A stretch of DNA of 53,965 bases, filler included, from Sphacelaria rigidula (Eukaryota): assembly GCA_964200075.2 (NCBI GenBank). It is 5 parts of 5 records of this genome, joined end to end, with 100 filler letters (N's around TTAATTAATTAA, not from the genome) between each part and the next. Parts side by side here need not be neighbours in the genome. Positions count along the whole stretch, not along the records: positions 21,630 to 32,341 come from CAXNAA020006037.1; positions 32,442 to 43,153 come from CAXNAA020006038.1; 3 more parts are not named here. One strand, 5' to 3'. Both the position numbers and the translations under genes were made by a program. The notes under the pieces were generated by a model that saw only the letters and a list, made by a program, of their open reading frames with translations, was not told where the DNA came from and did no database searches. Positions 23,954 to 36,019 of this stretch are shown here, piece after piece. Within the stretch, counting starts at the first letter, position 1, and each line of letters begins with the position of its first letter.

Positions 23954-25704
23954 CACACGTGGACAGATAGCACCCTGTGGGGCAGGTCTACGGGGTTCAG
24001 AGAAACCGTGCAGTGTTTGCCGCGGGGATTTAGCTGTAGGGTGTTTTTTGCGCCACACAGTGCGCTTCACAAAGTTTCAGGGAAACTGTGCAGTGTTTGT
24101 CGCGGGGATTTGGTTGTAGTTTTTTTTCGCGCCGTACAGTACGCTTCACAAGGTTTCGTCACCCCGAGTACTGTCCGTTGTTGTTAATATGCTGTACAGT
24201 CTCTATAGCGCACATACAATATACTCCATACAGCATGGACATGGAACTAACAGTGGATTCTCGAAAATGGGGTTAAAAAAAAAAATGAGGTTGAAGTCGC
24301 ATTTCTCTACTGCAGAGAAGATACGAAACAGTAACACAGAGCGAAAGTATCTTCCCCCCAAAAACTCCGCAGGAAGAGTTAATCGTTAGACCGCGAGGGT
24401 AGGTCACCTGCTGAATCGGCATCAATACTCACTTGAAAAAAGTACACGCGGTCCAGATGGACTTCCGGCACCGCGGTCCAAGGGTTAAGCAGTTCTGGCT
24501 AGGTGCACCCAACNNNNNNNNNNCGTACACGCGTGTCGATGACGATATCACCAGAGAGAGAAGCAACGACAAAGAGGAAGCTCCTCGCCCGTGTCCTTTG
24601 CGTCTTCTCGCTCGGCAATTACCCGAGAGACTCGCATCATCGATGTTACCAGCATGTACCGAATTTTCCATGTTGTGGCAAGACACAGAGAGAGCTGCGG
24701 AGAGATTTCGTCTCTTCTTGCTTGCTTGATGCGAAGATCAATTCCTCTCTGCCTCTCTTTTTGGACGAGACGCGCCTCGGTGCGCTGAAAAACGTGTCGT
24801 TGAAAAAATAGGGCAATGTTCCCGTCACCGCTACTACTGTTCTCTGTCACACACATGCCAGCAAGGGTGGTGCTGCGGCAATAAACACGGGATCTTAGAA
24901 ATTGGGGATGGATCTTTCATTGGGGATGAGAAACCCGGAGAATAAATGTCTTCGTATCCACTCCAAATCTTCCAAATATGCTTCCATCTTTTCACCTTCT
25001 GATAGCTGTTGACAACTGCTACACGCCATGCGAATTTGGATTTCGATTACCGCAATGTTGGGCTCCTAGGTGAAAAACCAATGTCGGAATCATTTGAGCG
25101 TCGCTTAGGACACCCGGAATTCCCAGCTGATGCTGTTCGCAATAAATCTATTTTTGCTCAATTCCCGGATGGATTGGAGGGCAAAGTGAAGATTTATTTC
25201 GAGCTTCTTCTGCTGTTCAAATTCCAAATCTGTCAGTGTGCATGGAATTTGTGCAGCAGAAAAAGCTGTTCGAAATAGATCCTTTTTTTGCCCAATTTAT
25301 ATGGGCGAAAAAAATATCTATTCCGAGTAGGTTCTTCTGCTCTTCGAAATAAATTCTTTTTTTGCCCAAATAAATTAGGCGAAAAAAAGATCTGTTTTGA
25401 ACAGCTTCTCCTGCTATCCGAGATGAAATCTTTTTTGCCCGATTTGAATCGGGCAAAAAGAGGATTTATGTCGGACAGTAGGAGAAGCTATTCATTTGTT
25501 TTTACAGATTTTATATAAAAATAATTTGGAATTTTCAAAATTGGGAAGGCCTCTCTACAGGGTTGCTTGCAGGGTTTCGACAAAAACGCTATGCAAAATG
25601 CTATTACAGGTACTAGGGTTTGCAAACGCTGCACAGGGGTTTTCACAACGACTGTGAAGAACCCTGTGCAGCTCATCCCACAGGGTGCTATTTGTCCACG
25701 TGTG
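23954..25704. mobile_element. CACTA/EnSpm (CMC)-like non-autonomous element, 1.75 kb, 2-bp TSD AA
   Basis: aa|cacacgtggacagatagcaccctgtggg ... cccacagggtgctatttgtccacgtgtg|aa (28-bp TIR, 1 mismatch); subterminal repeats gtgcagtgtttg.cgcggggattt at ~24008 and ~24087; spans a 10-N gap. Confidence 0.8.
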
Positions 25705-25842
25705 AAGGTATACCCAACTGATGTGGTGTACACATGTGTCGATGACGATGCCGCCGGAGGAGTACTGGCGGAGAGGAAGTTCCTTGCCCGTGCCCTTTGT
25801 GTGTCTTCGCTTGGCGATTCACAATCGTTGAAGAAGAGATTG

Positions 25843-26947
25843 GAGAGTTTCGGAAAACGTTTTTTCAAATCTTAGAGTCAGAGTGGGAGGAAAAATAGTC
25901 GGTAACGGTGCACTTTTCGCTATGAAGTTTTTTTCAGAGCGAGTTTTACAGAGTGAGAGTCCCGTTTGCACCACGTCACTCTGAAAACCGTTGTTCCTCT
26001 TCAGAGTTCATAGCGGAATGAAAAAAATCACGCCCACCTTCACAACCGTAGTCACATCCAGTCCACAGTCAATACACACTAACAAGCAAAGTGGAACATT
26101 CATCATCCATCAAAATTGCCATACTCATCACGATGGGCCATTCACGAAGTAGAAAAGCTTGGTATGGCAATCAGAGGACTTCCCTTACGCCGCCATGGTA
26201 TCAGCATTCGCTTGGTTGTGTTGCGTGAATATTCAAATGCTCGACGGGCACACGTTGACTTGGGTGCAGTTCCTCACTGTTGGCAGCCTCAGCTGTAAGA
26301 AGACGGTGTGAACGATTCGTCGTCTACAACGCACAAGCAGTACTACACCTAGCTGTGTTCCCATCCCGTGAGAGATCATATCGTCGTGCACCACCGTTAC
26401 GGGTGGCATGTGGAAAAATCATCGCAATGCGGCCGAGGTCTGCCGTTTGAAAGTGCTGCGCACCGTACTGTCTGTACTACGGTTTGTACAACTGACTCTC
26501 TGTACGGTATCGCTGTACAGTACAATAATTCACAGCATCGCCATGCACTGTTATAGGGTTCTGTATTGCACTCTCTGTACTGCACTGTGCTCCACGTTGC
26601 ACAGACCTATGGCACTACAGCACTACAGTGTCCTGTAGTGCGCCGTAGTGGATTGATGTACTGCAGGTGCAGTGCAAAATCGTAGCGTATGGTGCGCACG
26701 GTGCCGCAGAGTACGGTACAGTCAGTGTTGTGCCGGGTGCCGGCCTATGCACTTTCGAAGTGGACGCTGGTCGATCGTACATTTGGCGGGGTAACCTGCG
26801 GTCAATCACTGCGAAGAAAAGAACTCCACATCAAGCCTCGTCACATCAGCTTCTGCTATGAAGTTTTTCACGTCCACTGTGAAGTTTCGAAGCTTTCACT
26901 CTGTACTCTGACTCTATGATGGAAAACAACATCTTCCGTGACTCTCT
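25843..26947. mobile_element. 1.1-kb TIR element with ATT(G) target duplication inserted in a repeated coding relic
   Basis: gagagtttcggaaaacgtttttt...tagagtcagagt vs the reverse complement of actctgactctatgatggaaaacaacatcttccgtgactctc; attg on both sides; removal restores agagattgacatc, matching the paralogous empty site agagattggcatc at ~32771. Confidence 0.75.
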
Positions 26948-28776
26948 ATTGACATCAGGTTTCCACCACATCGGCAATTTTCCAGCCCTTTCGCCCGCAC
27001 AAAAACGGCAGGCGATGAGTGAAACAGTCTTCAAGAACAGATCGGGTTGCCGCATCTTGAGTGATGTATTCGTGCCCTTTCTGTCGCGCTGACCAGTGCA
27101 AATATCGATTTCTATCTGCCTCTCTTTAGAACACGTTGTCGAAAAACAGGGCGATGTTCCTGTCACCGCTCCGCCGATGTCTTATAAACCACGCGCGAGC
27201 AATGATACTTTGACCCTTTTTGAATGTACTGTCGATTTTTCTTCTTGTGAATCAGCATCACTTTGACTTGAAGATGTCTTCAAATGATGCCGATTCACAA
27301 AAACGAAAATCGTCAATGGGTTTCAAAAGGGTTGAGACGGGATTTTACAAATTGGTGATGTGCAGATTATGTGTCGGACATAGATCTCATACGTGGATTC
27401 TCAGGCATGTAGTCAAGCAGCCTGGTAGAAGCCAGTGCGGTTCAGAACGAAGTACAAACAGGAACGGTCCGGGAACTAGTACTGTAGCCAGTGCTCAGTC
27501 TAGCCAGAACGGCTCCGCGGCTCTATATTGTAAGCTCTATAGTTGGGGTTTAGGGCTGAGATTCAGAGAGCGAAGGTTCATGTCATGGTACGATACTTAC
27601 CACCTGGGTAGGAAGATGCCAGTTCAGTGGGCACCGGGGCTAGCAGGCCCAAACACAGTCTTTAGTATCGAAGCCATTGAGTTCGATATTACTGAGTGTA
27701 AAGTCAGCCACCGCACCAGTGGTCAGGTGTCAGGCCATGAGCCGCGCAGGCTGCAGCACAACATGTGTTGCATGAAGGTCAGGCTTACATTTTGTGAAGA
27801 CCAGAGAATCCTCTGAGATAGCAGTCCCTGATGGCGTAGATACTCTTGTATTATTGGCGTACAGGCTAACTTGTGCTTTGCTAGTTGAGATGCATGGTCC
27901 AAAACCACTGTGGCCCAAGGGGGCCGTCAAGTCAATCCAATAAAACAATGTAGTATGACCCATCAGGTACCAAGCATGACAAAAGTATGACAAATGGAAC
28001 CCAGTCGACTGGAACATGACCAATAAATCTGTAACATCCCCCTAGCCATATTTATATGGCTACACACAAATTTGTTGGAGAGCTGGAAGGGCCAGAACAA
28101 AAACAGAGCCTGTGCATCATACGCCTGAAAGTAAAACGAGAAAAACCTGCTGAATTACAGTACTACAGGGGAAAACTCGTTGCAGATCTAATGAATGGGT
28201 AAACCCTGATAAGCAGGGGAAAACTCCATCCGTTAGGAAAGCAAAAAAATCTATAACGCCCTTTTCAACGACAGAAACAGCAGACAAGTACGGTCGCTGT
28301 CGTTCTCCCGGGATCTCAGTTAGACTGGAGAACGATCGGCTAGTTTGCGTGATCGCGCGTCGACACCCTGGATCAGTTAGACTGGATTCTAGGGTAGTGC
28401 GGGGCTTCAACCTCACTAAAAACAACCTTCCCGCGAACTGATCAATAGTTACAGGAGTGCAGCTTTTGAGGGGTGCTCTTCTGTAACTACCGATACCTAT
28501 TCTACTGGAAATAGAGCCTACGCGCCTTGGCTCACACATGTGCCCGTATATCACCAAATGGGAAGCAATCGATAACACAGCGGCACAAGAGATGACAAGG
28601 AACACTCGAAATTCATGACTGAAGCGTACGGTAGCAGCAATATATAGTTACATATTCCCTTATTTCACTACCGTATTCCTCTCGCAATGATATTGTGTAC
28701 CCCATCACACAACAGCCATTCGTACACGTCCATGGCTGCAGTCTATTCTTTGGCTCCTCCGTATCAGCTTGGGGCG

Positions 28777-28860
28777 CTAAACTTCCAAGCGAGATGGCTG
28801 TTTCCAGTCTCCATCTTCGTATCGTACTCGCCGAAAGAAATTCCCATAATCATACACGTG
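28777..28860 (-). pseudogene. Tudor-like domain fragment, probably the C-terminus of a retroelement ORF
   Basis: HVYDYGNFFRRVRYEDGDWKQPSRLEV* contains the V.Y.DGD.E-type Tudor signature; isolated, no splice context. Confidence 0.5.
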
Positions 28861-28989
28861 GTGCCTCAACTCGGCACTGATGCAGCCTTTCCAGGAGGTA
28901 GCACCTGTGGCAAAAGCTTCAAGGCATCACTACGTGGGGAAGCGGGGTGCTTCGAGTGCGATGGCGGGGTCGAAGAAACTGTGGGGTGA

Positions 28990-29400
28990 TACAGGTGCAA
29001 AAGGCTTATGACGCAGTATGGAGCAGTGGGTTGTGGGAAAATATATGAGGAACTGTGATCAAGGGAAAGGTGTGGACGATTAAGACGAAAGAAATGTGCC
29101 AAAAGTGCGACGGTGCTAGACAGGGAAATATCGAAATATTTTGATATTTTTGAAGGAGTCGCACCAGGATGTACGTTATCACCCTCTCTAACCGAGGTAT
29201 TCTTCGATGACCTGATACAAGCATGAGACATGGCAAAGCGAGGGGTGAAAATGATGAAACAACTGGAAACAGTGCAACTGGCCGCAGCTAAGAGAATACT
29301 TTGATGAAATAAAAGTAGTGAAGATGAAAACAGTACAGAGTGCAACAGCTCAAAAACTACTTGGATGAAGTGAAGTTGGTGAAGGAGTTGAGGAACAGTG
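28990..29400 (+). pseudogene. Non-LTR retrotransposon (LINE) reverse transcriptase relic
   Basis: VQKAYDAVWSSGLW...IKGKVW, ISKYFDIFEGVAPGCTLSPSL (RT motifs KAYD and GV.QG..LSP.L), then KQLETVQLAAAKRIL; has stops, frameshifts and an internal deletion. Confidence 0.85.
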
Positions 29401-30807
29401 CAGATTACAGCAGCGAGGGGAATTACTTGGATGCTCGAAACAAATAGGTACGCCCCCCCCTTTTGAAGTCTTTCCCTTTTCCCCACCCGTCAGTGCCTGA
29501 AACAACGCAGAGTTTTCGACAATCCAACATGGTGACAAATACAGGCAATGCAGTAAGAGTGTGCGTGAAACGTACTATCTCTGGGGCCAAGTGTACAATT
29601 ACGTAACCTCTTCAGCAGCCGTCCCCCTCGGTTCTCGAATCCTGTGAAACTGTAGACATAATAATAACGAAAATAAAATAGGCAAGGCATGCTGAGTAAA
29701 AATATAAGAATGAGGTACGTTGTACTAAATATACCGAGATAAAGCACAGAAATGACAAGAAACATGCCCTCACACGCATGAGTTGTACATTGATCCTCAT
29801 TGTGCAAGAGTCTAGCTCGTATGTCATATCCTAGCTGAGCCACCATGAGACGACCGGATTGTGGTGGTGAAGTCTTGCTGCAGTTACACGGCACAAGAGT
29901 TTGACAGCATAAGGAGAGCGCGCGTTTACCTACATGGCGCAGCAATACTGTTGGCTTTCCTACTTATTTAGAATATCGGTCAGCAGGGCGACTAGAATGC
30001 TACGCTCCTGGACAAGCTGTCCAAGGTACCTGGTGGTTTTAGAAACGAACGTATTTTTTCGATTGTATGGACGTGGCGTCTGAGTGATTGCGTTGCATTT
30101 GGAGGGGGCTGGTTGTATGCCGGTATTATCGATCAACAGGCTAAGGAACCTGTGAGACCCTGCAGTAAAGATATATGTGGCGAACTTGGCGAATTTTACT
30201 GAACTCAAAATGGTGTAATCGACAAACTTTACCGGGGAACGTTGGGTGAGCAACACCTCGGTCAAGAAGCTTGTGCATCTCTTTTCTGATCATACAGCGT
30301 TCTCATGGTGGGAAACCGCGTTGTTTTATGGCAAATGGTGTGCACGCGAGACAACACCCCGCAAAAAATATGGAACGCGTGCTTCGCCCCCCCAAGGGGG
30401 TCCAGCGACCATGTCAGCGACATAAGTGTCTAAAACCTATATGTAGGGCCTGTAAGGACTGTCAAACAAAATATAGTCGCGCAGTCAACTTGCATGGTAG
30501 GCTGGGCATGAAGGGCAAAAAGGCAAAATAGGGAAACTACATACGTCTGCGTACTGAATAGGTAATGACAAGGCAATCCACGGGAAGATGAGTGGCAGCA
30601 TGATATCGAAAACCAAGTTTGAAGCAACTGAACAATGTATTATTCAACTACGGTACCGCGAAGGAACAAGGCAGTATCCAACTACGGTACAGGATGCGTC
30701 AACCTGGTATATAGCAAACCATACAATCAATCACCAGTGTGGGATAAAATGGGGATCCTACTTGGTGGCACCAAGGTAATGACCCAGCTACCAGAATGCA
30801 ATGAAAA

Positions 30808-30901
30808 GGTACCCGGGATTAGCTAAACCAAACCAGATTGCGGACACTCCATAGAGAGGTACCCGGTATCAGCTAAACCAAACCAAATTGCAGACACTCC
30901 A
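30808..30901. repeat. Tandem duplication, 2 x ~49 bp
   Basis: ggtacccgg.at.agctaaaccaaacca.attgc.gacactcca twice. Confidence 0.85.
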
Positions 30902-31770
30902 CGCGGGAACATACCGTCATTGGCAAACCGTTCAGTGTTCCCTGCGTGTCCTCCCCAACGCAATGACGTTTAGCGCCGGTTCCCTCAGCGGGATGCGAAC
31001 ACCCAGGACAAGAGTGTGGGTGAAATAGGGGCGGAAGTAATAGAGGGCGTGGTCAGTATACGTTGGAAGTCTTGGGGTACATGAAAATATGATTCGGTTT
31101 TATACCACGTGACGCGGATCGAAATGTCGTGTGCCGGGCGGTAAATTCGGCGTTTCGGCCTTGCGAACCAGATAGATGAAACTATTACCAGCAGAATCCT
31201 GCTCAACCATGATGAGTACAGGCAGCGCAAAATCATCCAGCACTCAACTTACAATCGAGGGGCTCAAAAGACAGTTGTGGTAGACGCGACAACCGGAGAT
31301 GCAGACAATATGAGTATGTAAAATGAAAGAAAAGTAAACAAGATCGAAATAAAATGGAAGCTTTACTGCATGCGCATTCCACAAATCCTTACGGCAACAA
31401 TAAAAATGCAACCCCGGAAACAAAGTACATACTGATCATGGTGGGTTGTTCTACAATAAAACTACCGGGATAATATAGAGAATGTCTAGGACACGATCAC
31501 TGCTGGTAAGGTACAGCGATGATGTTATGGCTGACCAGGTGTAGATCAGGCGAAGGTGATACAATGCACGCAACAATGAAAAAAATAGAAACTGTGCGAT
31601 CAGATCGAAGCAATGTTATGAAGAACATGAGGGCGGAAAATGCACGTGCACACGACAACATACGATGTGATAGTGAGCGAGAAAAGTACAGCCGACAGTA
31701 GGCGGTAGAGGCAAAAACAACACAAGCGGGACAAAAACAGCCCACCAGGGCAGCATAAAGCACGGTGGAA

Positions 31771-31845
31771 ACAGCAGCAGCAGCAACAGCAACATACCAC
31801 AACAGCAACAACAACAACAAAAACGAAAACAACAATAGCAGTAAC

Positions 31846-31894
<49 letters not shown>

Positions 31895-31960
31895 CAACAA
31901 CAACATAGCAGCAGCAGCAGCAGCAGCAGACAGCAACAGCAACAGTAACAACAACAGCAC
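31771..31960. repeat. Compound (CAG)n/(CAA)n microsatellite
   Basis: Alternating cag and caa runs with interruptions. Confidence 0.95.
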
Positions 31961-32128
31961 GGCTACACAGCTTCCGCAGCTGTCTCGAGCCTGATGTCCC
32001 GACACGCCCTGACGTGATTGTTGTCGAGAAGGATGATTATCAAAGGGTTGTCGTCAATCCAAGCAACCGCAGTAATGAACAGTACGGGCGGCAGCGGCTT
32101 CAAAACGAAATTTTTAAATTACCGACCT

Positions 32129-32274
32129 ACCCGTACACACAATTAGTAACATGTGTGATTCTGACCAAAAGGGATGATGGTGACACGGTGCAGTCTAAAT
32201 TCCCGGCCAACCCGTACACACAATTAGTAACATGTGTGATCCCGACCAAACGGGATGATGGTGACGCGATGCAG
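32129..32274. repeat. Tandem duplication, 2 x ~81 bp
   Basis: acccgtacacacaattagtaacatgtgtgat...gaccaaa.gggatgatggtgac twice. Confidence 0.9.
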
Positions 32275-33091
32275 GGAAAGCCACTATACTGTGCGGGTAG
32301 GCCACAACAGCGAACAACGTCTCATCACCACGAAGAGGTGCNNNNNNNNNNNNNNNNNNNNNNNNNNNNNNNNNNNNNNNNNNNNTTAATTAATTAANNN
32401 NNNNNNNNNNNNNNNNNNNNNNNNNNNNNNNNNNNNNNNNNAAGGACTGGGGGGTATAAAAAGCCAACAAAAAATAAAAAAATCTCCGGTGTTGACCTTC
32501 CTCCCGTGTGACCCCGGCTGATGCACCCACATACACCGACAGGTGTAGACTGGTGCCCAGAATAAATGGGACGACAACACAACAGTATCGCCACGGGAAA
32601 GCATTTTCGCAAGTAGCGTTTCTGTTGCATTTACGCCGATGTGGCTAGGTGCAACGAATGAATGCCGCAGACGCGTGTCGATGATAATATCGCAAGAGGA
32701 GCAACGGCGGAGAGGAAGCTCCTCACCGGTGTCCGTTGTATTTCCTCGTTCGGCGATTCCCAAGCGCTGCAGAGATTGGCATCATGTTATAGTACCAGCA
32801 CATACCCAGGTTGCCATGTGTGGGCAGGCGGGTTTTTGTAGCCCAGCCGCGGAAACAAGATCGCGGGATGCCCCGGTTGTCGTATGTTTGTGGCGCTGAC
32901 CAATGCAAATATTGATTTCTCCTTGCCACTCTGCTTGAACATGATTTGCCTCTGTGCGCAGTAGAACACGTCATCGAAAAGCAGGGTCATCTTCCCGTCA
33001 CCGCTTCTGTTCTCTCATACACACATATGAGCAAAAACGGCTGTGCCCTTGCAAGATCTAATGATCGGAAGCTGGAGGGTGTTATTGCAGG

Positions 33092-33381
33092 CAACAATAT
33101 TTTTGTGGGATTGAGAGTAGAGGATGCGACTGAGAGTACAAAGCTATCAATTAGGGAGTAATGGGTTTCAGTTCCGAAATGCCCTTTCACGAGGCCCGAT
33201 ATGCTTTCTGTAGTAGCTTGCCACTGAGGCCCTTGATACCCCTGAATAGGATATCGACGTGTAGCTGCAAGCACATGCCAGTGATCGAGGCAAAAGAAAA
33301 GCACACACGGAATGAAAAACTGGCTAAGTCAAAGCGAATGATCAAAGCCGCTCTACTCTCAATCTCACGAAATCGTCGTTA
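33092..33381 (+). mobile_element. MITE family A, copy 3
   Basis: caacaatatttttgtgggattgagagtagag ... ctctactctcaatctcacgaaatcgtcgtta; internal tttcagttccgaaatg...gccactgaggcccttgata as in copy 1; flanks gg/gc. Confidence 0.85.
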
Positions 33382-33940
33382 GCCGTTGATTTTACCCAAC
33401 GTCTGCAAAACAAGGACAACGGACAATTCACCACATGCCGATTGGGGGGAAGGATGTATGAGAGATCAGACACTCGTGTAGACCCTCTAGGTATACGGAG
33501 TGAAAAAAGATACCTCGTGTGGGTGACTCAACTCTTGCGGGCGTGACCAAAATGGGGGCTGAGATGCTGTAATTGAGCTTCTCTGCTGTCCACCGATTGC
33601 ATGCATGGCGTGTGTCGGGGGGGGTGTCCGACGCGAAAAATCGTCATGTGAGAAGAGTCATCCTAACCTGAGGCGAGATATGGTTAGCAACAGGGGTGTC
33701 CCATGATGAACCACTGGCCAATGCCGTTAAGTGCTGACCAGGAAGGTATTGCCTGAGAACAGCTTTCAAGCAACGTCAGTAGTAGGCAGTCGGTTCAGCC
33801 CGGAATATTACTGCAATTTCATTGCTGTATGTACTGACTGTAGCAATTCGACTGCACAAGCCCTGTAAGGGAGAAGGGTAATCATATTAGAATCTCGATC
33901 GCTTGTATCAAAATATATCTCCCAGCTTCAAGGCACCTGG

Positions 33941-34265
33941 TGGGGTAGGGTATGCACTATTGAGTACCCCGGTAAAGTACCACTATATTTTCTTCATCAA
34001 AGTTTGGCGTAAATTCGGTACGATCTCAATACTCTACCCCAAAAATGGGTTCTTCATCTCAGCAATACCCGGTATAGAGGATCATCGGGATATGACCTCA
34101 ATACTCTACCCGAAAATTGGGCACACCATCTCAGTGATACCCGGGTATAGACTACCACTTGGGTATATCTCAACATTCTTCCCAAATGTTGAATAATTTG
34201 GGTACGATCGAATACTATAAGTACGATTCTTCAAAATACCCGGGTGTGGGGTACCCCCTACCCGA
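33941..34265. mobile_element. Probable MITE with internal direct repeats
   Basis: gggtaggg ... ccctaccc inverted ends; internal ctcaatactctaccc.aaaa and catctcag..atacccgg repeated. Confidence 0.45.
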
Positions 34266-35036
34266 CTTGCCCTTGGAGGCTTGCACGACAGCGGTACGTG
34301 CGATACACCCCCCACACTCGACCTGATGATATCGAGTCAGCATCAACGTCCCTTCATGTCACCGCACATGGACTCGAAGTCATGTGAACTATATTTCCCA
34401 TGCTACACCTTAGTGTCAGCATCCAACTCTCGTTGTACGGGGCGAGTTGTACATGAGATCAACACGTGGTCTACATTTGTACTGGCGCTACCAACTTCGG
34501 AGTCGGGGGGCACATGAGACTCGTACGCTACTTAGCGCGAGCCATTCTCCATTAATGTTGTGCGCCTGCTCTTCTCCACAGCATTACTTCTCTGGTGAAG
34601 GGGTACAACGGCACAAGATAAACCAACACACTCCGCCCCCCGCGTGAGGGCCTACAATGCCCCGCTGTCCTCGTTCTTTGGGATTTCAATAAAAGTCTCG
34701 TAGCGAGTAATTGTTCACAATAGCATACACACACTTCAGGTATTTACTTGTACACGTAATCAGCAGGAGGGGGACATGCGCAACACGCACGACATGGGCA
34801 CTTGTTCACAATAGGCACAGAGCAAATCCTGTATTTATCTGCTTCACAACCACCACGTTCCACTTTACCTTCTTGTCAAGATACACAAAAAAAATCACAC
34901 TCTCGGAAACAACAGGAAATGATCGTAAACAGTAATAATCGTACACCCACAAACCATATTCACAGACTGGCTCGTTACCTGGTTCACAAACCAATTTTTC
35001 ACCTGCCCACCCCACCTATACTCATCAGTCACCCAT

Positions 35037-35558
35037 TCACTCCGACCGCTGAAATCGCTGCTTCCGCAAACGTGCATTCTCCTCGCGCCTGCTCCCCACA
35101 TATCCCGCGTCCATCGCCGAGAGAAACCTTAGCGTCACCATTGCCGGTAGTGGCAGGCCCTCCTGCTCCCCGGTCGGCTGACAGATTGGACCATCATCAC
35201 TGCTGTTCCACGTATCTGACCACCTTTTACTGCCTCCATCTCGAATACCATCACTACTGCGCTTGCGGTCTTGCAGCTGCGCCGAAGGCAGCGCCGCCTT
35301 TCCACTTTCCGCGGCCAAAAAGGCCCCCAAAGAGCCCCCCCCCGCCGTAGCACCCATGCCACTAGTGCTGTCGAGGCTGCTCGTGTTGCGCCTGACTTGG
35401 ATACCGCCGGTGTTGTCCAGATTGCAGCAACCGGAGGTCTCGCAAGCCGTATTGTGCTGGCACATGTTGCCCTCTGTCACTACAGAACCGTGTCGGCGTT
35501 GGTCGGCCAGGTGGTCGCGGAGAAGGATTGACGCGCGCCCTAGCCAAGCCGTCAGTTG
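35037..35558 (-). CDS. Terminal exon of the beta-helix protein
   Basis: Pyrimidine-rich acceptor ctctccag|caa, phase 0 matching the previous donor; QLTAWLGRASILLRDHL...VVTEGNMCQHN...KQRFQRSE*. Confidence 0.75.
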   Translation of the reverse strand, partial: QLTAWLGRASILLRDHLADQRRHGSVVTEGNMCQHNTACETSGCCNLDNTGGIQVRRNTSSLDSTSGMGATAGGGSLGAFLAAESGKAALPSAQLQDRKRSSDGIRDGGSKRWSDTWNSSDDGPICQPTGEQEGLPLPAMVTLRFLSAMDAGYVGSRREENARLRKQRFQRSE

Positions 35559-36019
35559 CTGGAGAGTACGGTCAAGGAGGAGGAGAGACGGGGGGGATGA
35601 ACGGAAATACTTTTCTGATGTCGCTGTATGCCTGAGTAGACGAAAAGGGACAGAGTAATGTGTGTATCGATTGTGAAAAAGTGCGTTCAAATACGTCACT
35701 CCAAACTCCAGAATCAAAGAATATAGACTATTATAGGTGTTCGAATTGAGTGTGCCATTCAGGTCTCCGTACGTATCGGGCACTGCCGACGGTTTCCGGT
35801 GTCCCGACAAATATGGATCCTTGCGTTGGCGTGCGCATACATGAAGTATATCAAGCACAGACAATCAAGAATGGAAGGAAAAAATAAAGACAAAAACGGA
35901 ACCGCCTTCACAGGAAAACAACTGAGCGAACATACAACCGCGGGCAAAAGGAGTCCGCGGGAACGGGTGCTATACCTCGAAAGGTATTTACCAAACAAAC
36001 GTGTGAAAACAGCTTTCAC

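Noticed and set aside
25135..25495. CRISPR-like repeat/spacer appearance
   Set aside because: Spacers are homologous to one another, repeats are degenerate, there are no cas genes, and the context is eukaryotic.
31497..32005. Poly-Leu/Cys/Ala/Gln ORFs
   Set aside because: Products of the CAG/CAA microsatellite; no splice or coding context.
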